A stretch of DNA of 64,000 nt from NCBI GenBank assembly GCA_029865225.1, contig JAOUHJ010000001.1, positions 24,512-88,511 on the forward strand. Reading direction: 5' to 3'. The DNA comes from Nitrospira sp. GTDB lineage: Bacteria; Nitrospirota; Nitrospiria; Nitrospirales; Nitrospiraceae. Of this stretch, positions 20,669 to 29,834 are shown one piece after another. The notes below the pieces were generated by a model. That model was not told the origin of the DNA, made no database searches, and saw nothing but the letters and a program-made list of their open reading frames with translations. The first letter of the stretch is position 1. Every line of letters begins with the position of its first letter. Both the position numbers and the translations under genes were made by a program.

Positions 20669-22435
20669 ATGATTGACGAACACATGCAATCTCTCACTGA
20701 TGCCATGCTGGAGAGGTTCCCGGAGGGGGTGCTTTCCGTCGACCTCGATACGGCTCGCTCAGAAGTCAGTGTTCAGGTGGCCGCGTCACAAATCTTGGAG
20801 ATCGCGCGTTTTCTGCATGACGATCCACAGGCCTGCTTTGATCACATCACCGATATTTGCTCCGCTGACTACCCGGCTGATCAAGAACGGTTTGAAGTCA
20901 TCTATCTCCTCTTGTCGCTTCCGTTCGGGAAGCGCATTCGCCTCAAAGCCCGGGTGACCGAAGACAATCCCACCCTCGATTCCGTCACGAGCGTGTGGCA
21001 GGGCGCAACCTTCTTGGAGCGAGAAGTCTACGACATGATGGGGATCCGATTCACCGGGCACCCGGATCTGCGTCGCATCCTGCTCCCGGAGGATTATGCT
21101 GAAGGCTATCCACTGCGCAAGGACTTCCCGACGGAAGGTCGTGGGTGGCGCAGTCAGTTCGACTTTATCCCCCGGTTCGATGAACCACCGGTCGAAGATA
21201 TTGAAGGTGAGGTTCCGGAAGAGGACAAGAAGCCGTTTCTTTCCCAACCGCCCACAGCTTCCTCTCACCGACGAGAAGAACTCTTGCTGAACATGGGCCC
21301 ACAGCATCCAAGCACCCACGGCGTGGTGCGGGTCGTTCTTGAACTTGATGGGGAACGGATCATCAAGGCCACCCCGGACCTTGGCTATCTGCATCGAGGT
21401 GTTGAGAAACTGGCCGAAGGCTTGGCCTACATGCAGATCATCCCGCATACGGACCGGCTGGATTATGTCTGTGCGATGGCGAACAACTATGCCTATGTTC
21501 GAGCCGTTGAAAAGCTGCTGGGCATCACCATTCCGGAACGGGCCGAGTATATCCGCACCATCGTGGCGGAGATGCAGCGTATCGTCGGACACCTCTTCTG
21601 GCTGGGGGCCCAGGCCTTGGACATCGGAGCCATGACCGTCTTCTTTTGGACGTTTCGGGAGCGAGAAATCTTGCTCGACATGTTCGAACAGTTGTGTGGC
21701 GCCAGGTTGACCCTGAATTATTACAGAATCGGTGGCGTAGATAGCGACTTCACGCCGGAATTGGCAGACCGCCTCAAGACTTTCTTGGAAACCTTTCCTG
21801 CAAAAGTCGATGAGTACGAGTCTCTGCTGGCCGGCAACCGAATCTGGCTGGGACGGACCAAACACATCGCCGTGATCTCCGGCGAAGACGCGATCAATTT
21901 CGGCCTGACCGGTCCCGCGTTGCGCGGATCCGGCGTCGCCTACGACGTTCGCAAGCTCGAACCCTACGGCGTCTACCATAAAGTGGATTGGGAAGTGCCG
22001 GTCGGAAAGAACGGCGACACCTATGACCGCTATTGGATCCGCGTGGAAGAAATGCGGCAGAGCGCACGGATCATCAGGCAATGTCTCGAACAGATGCCAC
22101 CCGGACAGATCATTGCAGAGGAGCCGCAATATATTCCCCCGCCCAAGCAGCAGGTGATGCGGGATATGGAGAGCTTGATTCACCACTTCATCATCTTCAC
22201 CCAAGGCTTCAAGCCACCGAAGGGGGAAACCTATTGCGCGACAGAAGCTCCTAAGGGTGAGCTGGGATTCTTCATTGTCAGCGACGGGAGTCCTCGCCCC
22301 TATCGATTGAAGATTCGCTCTCCGTCCTTCATCCATATGGGGGCGTTCGACTACATGGCCCGTGGGTACTTGATTTCCGACATCATCACGATTTTCGGTA
22401 CGTATGACGTCGTGATGGGAGAGTGCGACCGGTGA
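20669..22435 (+). CDS. nuoCD: NADH-quinone oxidoreductase fused subunit C/D
   Basis: 588 aa. The N-terminal roughly 170 aa are NuoC-like (WQGATFLEREVYDMMGIRFTGHPDLRRILLPEDY). An acidic linker follows, then NuoD (LNMGPQHPSTHGVVRV...RIRSPSF.H). Confidence 0.93.
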   Translation: MIDEHMQSLTDAMLERFPEGVLSVDLDTARSEVSVQVAASQILEIARFLHDDPQACFDHITDICSADYPADQERFEVIYLLLSLPFGKRIRLKARVTEDNPTLDSVTSVWQGATFLEREVYDMMGIRFTGHPDLRRILLPEDYAEGYPLRKDFPTEGRGWRSQFDFIPRFDEPPVEDIEGEVPEEDKKPFLSQPPTASSHRREELLLNMGPQHPSTHGVVRVVLELDGERIIKATPDLGYLHRGVEKLAEGLAYMQIIPHTDRLDYVCAMANNYAYVRAVEKLLGITIPERAEYIRTIVAEMQRIVGHLFWLGAQALDIGAMTVFFWTFREREILLDMFEQLCGARLTLNYYRIGGVDSDFTPELADRLKTFLETFPAKVDEYESLLAGNRIWLGRTKHIAVISGEDAINFGLTGPALRGSGVAYDVRKLEPYGVYHKVDWEVPVGKNGDTYDRYWIRVEEMRQSARIIRQCLEQMPPGQIIAEEPQYIPPPKQQVMRDMESLIHHFIIFTQGFKPPKGETYCATEAPKGELGFFIVSDGSPRPYRLKIRSPSFIHMGAFDYMARGYLISDIITIFGTYDVVMGECDR

Positions 22436-22471
22436 TACATCAGAGACTTTGCGCACCAGGATTATGAACGC

Positions 22472-23011
22472 ATGAAGTTAGCCGAAAAATATAAGGATGA
22501 AATCGGCGACATCTTGTCGCGCTATCCGGTCAAACGGTCGGCCTTAATCCCACTTCTCTATGTCGCCCAGCGCGATCAAGGCTACGTGACCGAAGCTGCG
22601 ATGCAAGAGATTGCGGCACTCCTCAGACTGACGCCGCCGCAAGTCTACGAGACGATTACCTTCTACACGATGTTTAATCTCAAGCCCGTCGGCAAATTTC
22701 ACCTACAGGTCTGTAAGTCCCTCATGTGCGCGCTCGTGGGTTCAGACACCGTCATCGGTTGGATTAAGGCGAAACTGGGGATTGCGCCGGGTGAAACGAC
22801 AGCAGACGGACTGTTTAGCCTCAGCGCCGTGGAATGTTTGGCCGCATGCGGGACCGGTCCGATGATGCAGGTCAATGATGACTACTATGAGCAACTGACC
22901 GAAGACAAATTGGATCGGATTTTATCCGATCTCCGCTCAACGGGAACCAGCCCCCTCAAGAGCGGACCTTTCATGTGGCCTGAACCGATCACAGTGAAAA
23001 GTGAGACCTAA
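22472..23011 (+). CDS. nuoE: NADH-quinone oxidoreductase subunit E
   Basis: 179 aa with a thioredoxin-like 2Fe-2S pattern (VCKSLMCAL...CLAACGTGPMMQVNDDYYE). Confidence 0.93.
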   Translation: MKLAEKYKDEIGDILSRYPVKRSALIPLLYVAQRDQGYVTEAAMQEIAALLRLTPPQVYETITFYTMFNLKPVGKFHLQVCKSLMCALVGSDTVIGWIKAKLGIAPGETTADGLFSLSAVECLAACGTGPMMQVNDDYYEQLTEDKLDRILSDLRSTGTSPLKSGPFMWPEPITVKSET

Positions 23012-23014
23012 ACG

Positions 23015-23075
23015 GTGAGACGTAAAGAACAGCGGCTTTCTTTCAACCTTTCATTTTCCACCTTTTATGTTTCAC
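23015..23075 (+). repeat. hairpin in the nuoE-nuoF spacer
   Basis: A 13-bp stem joins gtgagacgtaaag (23015-27) and ctttta­tgtttcac-type right arm at 23063-75, including 3 G-U pairs that form only in the plus (mRNA) sense. The arm sequences resemble those of the palindrome at 60317-60400. Confidence 0.4.
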
Positions 23076-23086
23076 ACTGAAGAACG

Positions 23087-24391
23087 ATGCCGAAACACGA
23101 ACTCATTCTTCTGAAAAACATGATGCAGCCAGGCTACACCGGCTCCTTGCCTGATTACGAAAAGACCGGAGGCTATCAAGCCTTGCGCACGACGCTCGGC
23201 AAGATCGCTCCGGCCGATGTCACGGCCATGGTCAAAAAATCAGGCTTGCGCGGTCGCGGCGGCGCAGGCTTTCCAACCGGAGTGAAGTGGGGGTTCCTGC
23301 CGAAGGATTATCACGGTCCCCGCTATCTCTGCTGTAACGCGGACGAGAGCGAGCCCGGCACTTTCAAGGATCGGCAGTTGATGGAGCGCGACCCCCACCA
23401 AGTTCTGGAAGGGATCCTGTTGGCCTGCTACGCGATCGGCGCAGAGACTGCCTACATCTACATCCGTGGTGAAATGGTCCTCGGCTCCCAGATCTTAGAG
23501 CATGCCATAGCCGAAGCACGAGCCGCCGGATACATCGGAACAAACATTCTCGGCACGGGTGTCCATGTGGACATTTGGGTCCATCGCGGGGCTGGCGCGT
23601 ATATTTGCGGTGAGGAAACAGCCCTGTTGGAATCTCTTGAAGGCAAGCGCGGCCTTCCCCGTGTCAAACCGCCGTTTCCAGCCACCCATGGTCTCTACAA
23701 TAAGCCGACCGTGGTCAACAATGTGGAAACGCTGGCCAACTTACCGCATATCATCAACCGAGGTCCCGAATGGTTTGCCGCCATTGGTTCGCCCCCTAAA
23801 AGCACAGGCACTAGAGTGTTTTGTGTCAGCGGACATGTAAAGCGCCCCGGCAATTACGAAGTTCCGATGGGTGTGACGGTACGAGAGTTGGTCTACGAGC
23901 ATGCCGGGGGAATGCGTTCGGATAAACCAATCAAGGCGTTCATCCCCGGAGGAGCATCAGCACCGTTTTTGACGCCGGCCCATCTTGACGTGAAACTGGA
24001 TTTTGAACATGTCGCAGCGGCAGGATCGATGTTGGGATCCGGCGGCGTGACCGTGATGGAAGAAGGGACCAGCATGGTCTGGGCGGCGCTTAGACTGATG
24101 GAATTTTTCTACCATGAGTCCTGTGGGAAATGCAGTCCCTGCCGAGAGGGTAGTTCCTGGCTTGTCCAAACCCTACGCCGGATTTTGGCCAAGCGTGGTC
24201 GGATGCAGGACCTTGAAACCTTACTAGATCTATGCAAAAACATCGCAGGCCGTACGGTCTGCGCCTTCGGCGATGCAGAGGTTGCGCCCATCCAAAGTAC
24301 GCTGAAGTATTGGCGGCAGGAATACGTCGACCTCATCAGTGAAGCAGAGGCGGCGAATCTCATTCAGCTTGAACCGGCAGGACGGCATTAA
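23087..24391 (+). CDS. nuoF: NADH-quinone oxidoreductase subunit F
   Basis: 434 aa. FMN/NADH site motifs are GLRGRGGAGFPTG and GAGAYICGEETALLESLEG. The N3 cluster motif is ESCGKCSPCREG. Confidence 0.96.
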   Translation: MPKHELILLKNMMQPGYTGSLPDYEKTGGYQALRTTLGKIAPADVTAMVKKSGLRGRGGAGFPTGVKWGFLPKDYHGPRYLCCNADESEPGTFKDRQLMERDPHQVLEGILLACYAIGAETAYIYIRGEMVLGSQILEHAIAEARAAGYIGTNILGTGVHVDIWVHRGAGAYICGEETALLESLEGKRGLPRVKPPFPATHGLYNKPTVVNNVETLANLPHIINRGPEWFAAIGSPPKSTGTRVFCVSGHVKRPGNYEVPMGVTVRELVYEHAGGMRSDKPIKAFIPGGASAPFLTPAHLDVKLDFEHVAAAGSMLGSGGVTVMEEGTSMVWAALRLMEFFYHESCGKCSPCREGSSWLVQTLRRILAKRGRMQDLETLLDLCKNIAGRTVCAFGDAEVAPIQSTLKYWRQEYVDLISEAEAANLIQLEPAGRH

Positions 24392-24427
24392 ATATATCCT
24401 CGTGCCATCAGATGGTCGTGTGTCACT

Positions 24428-27094
24428 ATGCCTGATTCAACAGTGCCCGTCGTTCGTCTCACGATCGATGGGATGACGGTCAAGGTCCCGAAAGGAACAT
24501 TGGTGATCGAAGCGGCTCGACGCGTCGGCGTCATGATTCCGCATTTTTGCTATCACCCGAAACTCAAGCCGGATGCCAATTGCCGCATGTGCCTGGTTGA
24601 AATCGAAAAGATGCCTAAGCTTCAAACCGCCTGCAGCACACCGGTCGACGAGGGGATGAGCGTGCGCACCGCCACGACCGTGGTGAACGATGCCCATCGT
24701 TCGGTGCTCGAGTTCATTCTCGCCAATCACCCACTCGATTGCCCGGTCTGTGATCAAGGGGGAAAATGCGATCTCCAAGATTTCTCCCATCAATACACGG
24801 CAACCAGTCGATTCGCTGAAACCAAACGCATCTTCTCAAAAGAGTATTTCAGTCCGCTCATCGAAACGCAGATGAATCGCTGCGTCCAATGTCTCCGCTG
24901 TGTCCGTTACTGTGACGAGGTCATGGACGTGAAAGCGTTGGCGCCGGTCGGACGTGGAACCATGACTGAAATCAAGCACTTCGGTGCGCATCCCTTAAAT
25001 TGCGAGTTCTGCGGCGGCTGCGTGCAAATCTGCCCGGTCGGAGCAATTACCAGCCGACTTTCGATGTACGAATATCGGCCCTGGATGTTGAAACGAGCTG
25101 ACACGATCTGCGGATACTGCGGAGACGGATGTCAGATGACCGTCCAGACGAAGGGGCAGGAGCTCATCGAGGTGAACTCCGCGCACGGGGCAGGCCGAAA
25201 TAATGGGGACCTGTGCGCTCGCGGGTTTTTCGGATTCCATGCGGCCAGCCACCCTGATCGCCTCACCCATCCGCTGATTCGGCGAAACGGGGCCCTTGTC
25301 CAAACGACCTGGGAGGAAGCCTTAGAATACGTTGCCGACCGCATCCGCGAACTGAAGACGCTGCATGGAGGGCACAGTTTCGGAGGATTGATTTCAGGTC
25401 GTTGCACCAACGAAGAGTTGTACCTCTTTCAGAAATTTATGCGCGTGGCCATCGGCACCAATCATCTCGACAGCAGCGCCCGGTACGGTCACGTCAACGC
25501 TTTGCACGCGATGGGACTCGTCCAGGGAACCCACCGGTGGACCGTCACCTTTGAGGATATTCTGGACGCCGATGTACTGGTACTCATCGGCACGAACATC
25601 ACGGAGACGAATCCCATCACAGGGCTCAAAGTCAAAGAAGCGGTGAAGAAACGCCGGGCGACGTTGATCACGATTGAGTCGCTGGTGCCTGTCGTCGACA
25701 CAATGAGCAACATCGCCAATCTTTCCCATCATCATTTTTCCATCCCACCCAACGAGATGCAGAATGGGATCCTCGGTCTCTTGAAGGCCGTGATCGAGGA
25801 GAATCTGATCGTACCGGAGCTCGCACAGCAGTACCCTGCCTACGTCAACGCCGTGACGACTGTGCTGCGAGAGTGCTCTTGGCAAGACCTCCAGCGAGCC
25901 ACCGGTATCGAGCCCGATTCGTTTAGACAAGCCGCCAAGGTACTGGCAGCGGGACGCAAAGTGATCGTTCTGACAGGACAAGTGCTCCTCCGCAGTGAAC
26001 AGGGGTACGCTGGATCGTTATCGATTCTCGATCTGCTCATTTTGACGGGCAAATTGGACCGACCTGGTTGTGGATTTGCACCATTGGCAGAGGAAAACAA
26101 TGACCAAGGCGCGGTCGAAATGGGCGCCCTGACCGAGTATCTTCCGGGAGGCGGTTTCATTGATGATTCGGCGAACCGTGAACGATTCGCGAAACTGTGG
26201 AAGACAGAACTACCACCAGCCGCCGGTGCTTCGCTCGTCGAAATGTTGAAGCGTGCCCAGGAAGGATCCCTGAAAGCGCTCTTCGTCGTGGGTGAGAATC
26301 CTGTGGCAAGTCTCCCCGCACCAATACGCGCGGAGGATTCGTTACGGAAATTGGATTTGCTCGTGTGCCAGGAGCTGTTCTTGACTGAGACGGCGTCCCT
26401 GGCCCATGTTGTCTTGCCGGTTGCATCGTCGATGGAAAAAACAGGGACGTTTACCAATAGCGAGGGGCATGTGCAGGCCATTCGTCCTTCGATTGAGCCG
26501 ATCGGAGAAAGCCGTCCCGATTGGGAGATCTTTGCTGCGCTCGGCATCTTGTTAGGAATGTCGGTGGAGTACCAGGACAGCAAAGACATCTTGAAAGAGA
26601 TCCGAGGTGCCATTTCCGGCTATGGGTCGCTTGGACCGACTCCGTTGCCCCTGAAAGTCGATGGTCGTGCCATGGATCGTTACCTCCGTGAGGGCTACCA
26701 TCCCAATCTCGCGACGCGATACCGACTAACCCCACAGAAATCCAGACCGGATGGCACGCTGCAGGTAGGATTTGGACAGAGTCTGTTCCACTCCGGAAAG
26801 CTCTCGACCCGTTCGAAAGGCCTCCGTCAGATTGAAGACCGGGGACAGCTCCGGATCAATCCTGTCGACGCCGATCGGTTTGCCTTGATGGATGGAGATC
26901 GTGTCCGTCTCTGCAGCAGCGCCGGAGAAATGACGACCGAGATTAAAATTGTGGCGCGGGTACCTCAAGGTACCGCATGGTTTCCGGATCACTTCGGTCA
27001 AAACGCCCTCGGGCTGTTTGACTGCACGGTCGATCCGATCACGCATGTTCCCTCATTCAAAACGGCCACGGTGTCGATGATGAGAGTCGCGTAA
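24428..27094 (+). CDS. nuoG: NADH-quinone oxidoreductase subunit G
   Basis: 888 aa. There is an N-terminal 2Fe-2S ferredoxin fold (CYHPKL...CRMCLVEI) and HPLDCPVCDQGGKCDLQD. 4Fe-4S motifs and a molybdopterin-oxidoreductase-like C-terminal half follow. Confidence 0.95.
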   Translation: MPDSTVPVVRLTIDGMTVKVPKGTLVIEAARRVGVMIPHFCYHPKLKPDANCRMCLVEIEKMPKLQTACSTPVDEGMSVRTATTVVNDAHRSVLEFILANHPLDCPVCDQGGKCDLQDFSHQYTATSRFAETKRIFSKEYFSPLIETQMNRCVQCLRCVRYCDEVMDVKALAPVGRGTMTEIKHFGAHPLNCEFCGGCVQICPVGAITSRLSMYEYRPWMLKRADTICGYCGDGCQMTVQTKGQELIEVNSAHGAGRNNGDLCARGFFGFHAASHPDRLTHPLIRRNGALVQTTWEEALEYVADRIRELKTLHGGHSFGGLISGRCTNEELYLFQKFMRVAIGTNHLDSSARYGHVNALHAMGLVQGTHRWTVTFEDILDADVLVLIGTNITETNPITGLKVKEAVKKRRATLITIESLVPVVDTMSNIANLSHHHFSIPPNEMQNGILGLLKAVIEENLIVPELAQQYPAYVNAVTTVLRECSWQDLQRATGIEPDSFRQAAKVLAAGRKVIVLTGQVLLRSEQGYAGSLSILDLLILTGKLDRPGCGFAPLAEENNDQGAVEMGALTEYLPGGGFIDDSANRERFAKLWKTELPPAAGASLVEMLKRAQEGSLKALFVVGENPVASLPAPIRAEDSLRKLDLLVCQELFLTETASLAHVVLPVASSMEKTGTFTNSEGHVQAIRPSIEPIGESRPDWEIFAALGILLGMSVEYQDSKDILKEIRGAISGYGSLGPTPLPLKVDGRAMDRYLREGYHPNLATRYRLTPQKSRPDGTLQVGFGQSLFHSGKLSTRSKGLRQIEDRGQLRINPVDADRFALMDGDRVRLCSSAGEMTTEIKIVARVPQGTAWFPDHFGQNALGLFDCTVDPITHVPSFKTATVSMMRVA

Positions 27095-27141
27095 CGAGCC
27101 AATACTGTTACTGATGATTATGCTAATCCAGGAGTCTTATC

Positions 27142-28209
27142 GTGAGTGAATTAGGGTTGCGTCTTGCCATATCTCTGACCCAAATCGGGGCCATCATGGG
27201 AATCGTCATCGTGACGGTACTCCTTCTCACCTTAGCCGAACGAAAAGTGTTGGGGTGGATGCAGGACCGCATGGGTCCCATGGAAGTGGGACCATACGGA
27301 ATCCTCCAACCCTTTGCGGATGCGATTAAGCTGTTTTTCAAGGAGGATATCATCCCCGCCGGCGCCAACAAGCTCCTCTTTACCATGGCGCCGATCATCT
27401 GTCTGATTCCTGCGTTTATCGGATTTGCCGTGATTCCGTGGGGCCCAAACTGGACGTTCGAGATCGGCGGCATCACCGTCAAGCCCTTCGTGATCAGCGA
27501 TATCAATATCGGCATTCTGTATATCCTGGCCTTCGCCTCGCTCGGCGCCTACGGCATCATCATCGGAGGATGGGCCTCGAACAGCAAATACTCCTTGCTC
27601 GGAGGGTTGCGCTCGGCGGCACAGATCATCAGCTATGAACTCAATGTCGGGCTCTCCATTATCGGCGTGATCATCCTCGCCGGCTCGCTCAGTCTGGTGA
27701 CGATCACCGATGCCCAACAGGGTTGGTTTTGGCACTGGTATCTGTTCGCCCTTCCGGCGCCGCAGATTTTTGCCTTTGGCGTGTATGTGATTTCCGCGGT
27801 GGCTGAGACGAACCGCGTGCCGTTCGATTTGCCTGAGGCCGAAAGTGAGCTGGTCGCCGGATTCTTCACCGAGTACAGCGGGCTCCGCTTCGCGTTCTTC
27901 TTCCTCGCCGAGTACGCAAACATGGTCCTGGTGTCCTGTGTGGCTGCCGCACTCTTTCTAGGTGGCTGGAATGCTCCATACCCGGGAACAATTCTCGAAC
28001 TAGTTGGCTTGCCGTCGTTGGCGTGGATCGAGAACACTATGTGGTTTGCGGTGAAGACCTACTCGTTTTTGTTCCTCTTTTTCTGGCTGCGGGCGACATT
28101 GCCGAGACTGCGATACGATCAGCTAATGAAGTTCGGCTGGAAAGTGCTGTTACCCATTGCGTTGGCGAACATCGTCGTCACATCCATTGCCGTATTCGTC
28201 ACGCAGTAG
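27142..28209 (+). CDS. nuoH: NADH-quinone oxidoreductase subunit H
   Basis: 355 aa with a GTG start and AGGAG 7 nt upstream. ERKVLGWMQDRMGP and AETNR.PFDL.E.ESELV.G motifs are present. Confidence 0.95.
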   Translation: MSELGLRLAISLTQIGAIMGIVIVTVLLLTLAERKVLGWMQDRMGPMEVGPYGILQPFADAIKLFFKEDIIPAGANKLLFTMAPIICLIPAFIGFAVIPWGPNWTFEIGGITVKPFVISDINIGILYILAFASLGAYGIIIGGWASNSKYSLLGGLRSAAQIISYELNVGLSIIGVIILAGSLSLVTITDAQQGWFWHWYLFALPAPQIFAFGVYVISAVAETNRVPFDLPEAESELVAGFFTEYSGLRFAFFFLAEYANMVLVSCVAAALFLGGWNAPYPGTILELVGLPSLAWIENTMWFAVKTYSFLFLFFWLRATLPRLRYDQLMKFGWKVLLPIALANIVVTSIAVFVTQ

Positions 28210-28232
28210 AAAGAAGAATCGACAGGACCGAC

Positions 28233-28799
28233 ATGTCATCGACCGTACACTCCAAACGTCTGAGCCTGTCTGAGTGGTTCAAGACCATTACGTTTTATGA
28301 AATCCTGGTCGGCATGAAGGCGACCCTGTCCCACTTGCTCAACTACCGACCGATCACATTGCAATATCCTCACGAGAAACGCACGCTGCCGGACAACTAT
28401 CGTGGCATGCTCGCCTTGCTCCGGTATGACGATGGAACCGAGAAGTGCGTAGGGTGTGACCTCTGTGAAGCAGCCTGTCCTTCCCGTGTGATTCGTGTCG
28501 TGAGTGCGGAGGTGCCTGGAGAACCGACAAAACGCTACTCGAAAGAATACTATATGGACATGACCCGATGCTTGTTCTGCGGGATGTGTGTGGATGCCTG
28601 TCCCGTCGATGCTTTGGGAATGACGAGGGAGTTTGAATGGGCGGTCTTTGACAAGCGACAACTCCACCTGAATAAACAACAGCTCCTCGCGATCGGCGAC
28701 CGTTCGTTTCCGATCCGTGAGAAGCGCTTAGAGCTTCAGCATCCGAACGTCGCGTTCTTCAACGTACCATTCAAACACGTTCCGCCCAAGCCGAACTGA
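28233..28799 (+). CDS. nuoI: NADH-quinone oxidoreductase subunit I
   Basis: I take the start at ATG 28233, because the track ORF start at 28023 overlaps nuoH. Two 4Fe-4S motifs are present: CVGCDLCEAACP and CLFCGMCVDACP. Confidence 0.93.
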   Translation: MSSTVHSKRLSLSEWFKTITFYEILVGMKATLSHLLNYRPITLQYPHEKRTLPDNYRGMLALLRYDDGTEKCVGCDLCEAACPSRVIRVVSAEVPGEPTKRYSKEYYMDMTRCLFCGMCVDACPVDALGMTREFEWAVFDKRQLHLNKQQLLAIGDRSFPIREKRLELQHPNVAFFNVPFKHVPPKPN

Positions 28800-28886
28800 T
28801 CCGAATGGAACGCATTGGGGGGTCCCACGACGGCCACCCAGTGGCAGAAGTCCTGGACTGTCGACCGTTAACTGAGGAATCGTACC

Positions 28887-29432
28887 GTGGCGTACGTTTT
28901 TTTTGGATATTTCGCTGGAATGATTACCCTCACCTCCATTCTCGTGGTGGTACTCAGAAACCCTGTGTATAGTACGTTGTCTCTCCTGGTCATGTTTTTC
29001 CATGTCGCAGGGCTGTACATCACGCTGCATGCCGAATTCCTCGCCGCCGTGCAAATCATCGTCTATGCCGGAGCGATCGTCGTGTTGTATCTGTTCGTGG
29101 TCATGTTGCTCAACGTCAACCGCGACGACCGGTACCACAGCCAATCGCGAATTGCAGTCTTTGTCAGCGTTCCCTTGTCGATCGAATTTCTGGTGTTGCT
29201 GTCGGGCGGCATGGGCGCAGCTCGCCGTGACCCTGCCGCGATGGCTGTCGACGCTCAGACCTCCGACAATACCCTCACGATCGGCCAAGCGCTCTACTCA
29301 ACCTATTTATTCCCTTTTGAAGTGGCCTCCTTGATTCTCCTCGCCGCCATGGTCGGCGCCATCCTCCTTGCAAAGCCCCACATCGGCAAAAACGAGGACA
29401 AGGATATACCCCAAGCCCCTGGTGCCCAATGA
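28887..29432 (+). CDS. nuoJ: NADH-quinone oxidoreductase subunit J
   Basis: 181 aa with a GTG start and GAGGA upstream. The hydrophobic NuoJ pattern is present ([23 protein letters not shown]). It has the correct position in the operon. Confidence 0.9.
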   Translation: MAYVFFGYFAGMITLTSILVVVLRNPVYSTLSLLVMFFHVAGLYITLHAEFLAAVQIIVYAGAIVVLYLFVVMLLNVNRDDRYHSQSRIAVFVSVPLSIEFLVLLSGGMGAARRDPAAMAVDAQTSDNTLTIGQALYSTYLFPFEVASLILLAAMVGAILLAKPHIGKNEDKDIPQAPGAQ

Positions 29433-29734
29433 GCGTCCCTGTTTTCTACTACGTGATCTTGAGTGCGATCGTATTCCTCACGGGTATTGTTGGGGTGCTG
29501 ATTCGTCGCAACATCATCGCCATTCTTCTGTCCATCGAGTTGATGCTGAATGCAACCAACATTAATTTCGTGGCGTTCTCCGACCATCTGCAGGTTATTG
29601 GAGGGCAAGTGTTCGTCTTTTTTGCCTTGACGGTGGCAGCGGCAGAAGTCGCGATCGGTTTGGCGATCATCATCGCCTTGCATCGATCGAAATCGACGAT
29701 CAACGTCGAGGAATTCAATTTGCTCAAATGGTAA
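29429..29734 (+). CDS. nuoK: NADH-quinone oxidoreductase subunit K
   Basis: 101 aa with three TM segments. [10 protein letters not shown] and [11 protein letters not shown] motifs are present. It overlaps the nuoJ stop by 4 nt. Confidence 0.93.
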   Translation: MSVPVFYYVILSAIVFLTGIVGVLIRRNIIAILLSIELMLNATNINFVAFSDHLQVIGGQVFVFFALTVAAAEVAIGLAIIIALHRSKSTINVEEFNLLKW

Positions 29735-29834
29735 AGGACCTCCGTGACGACGCCTCAGCCTTCACACGCCGACTTCGCCGGGTTCTTCGTTGAGGCCTAT
29801 TCCGAGCTGATGACCATCGAGTAATATCTCCACC

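Noticed and set aside
20786-22456. 556-aa minus-strand ORF covering the whole nuoCD region
   Set aside because: The plus-strand frame carries unmistakable NuoC and NuoD motifs. The antisense ORF is Arg/Gly/His-rich low-complexity sequence typical of shadow ORFs in GC-rich genes. The same reasoning applies to the antisense ORFs 25394-25981 and 25840-26613 (nuoG), 31954-32520 (nuoM), 29949-30566 (nuoL), 15932-16747 (secA) and 40241-40858 (uvrC).
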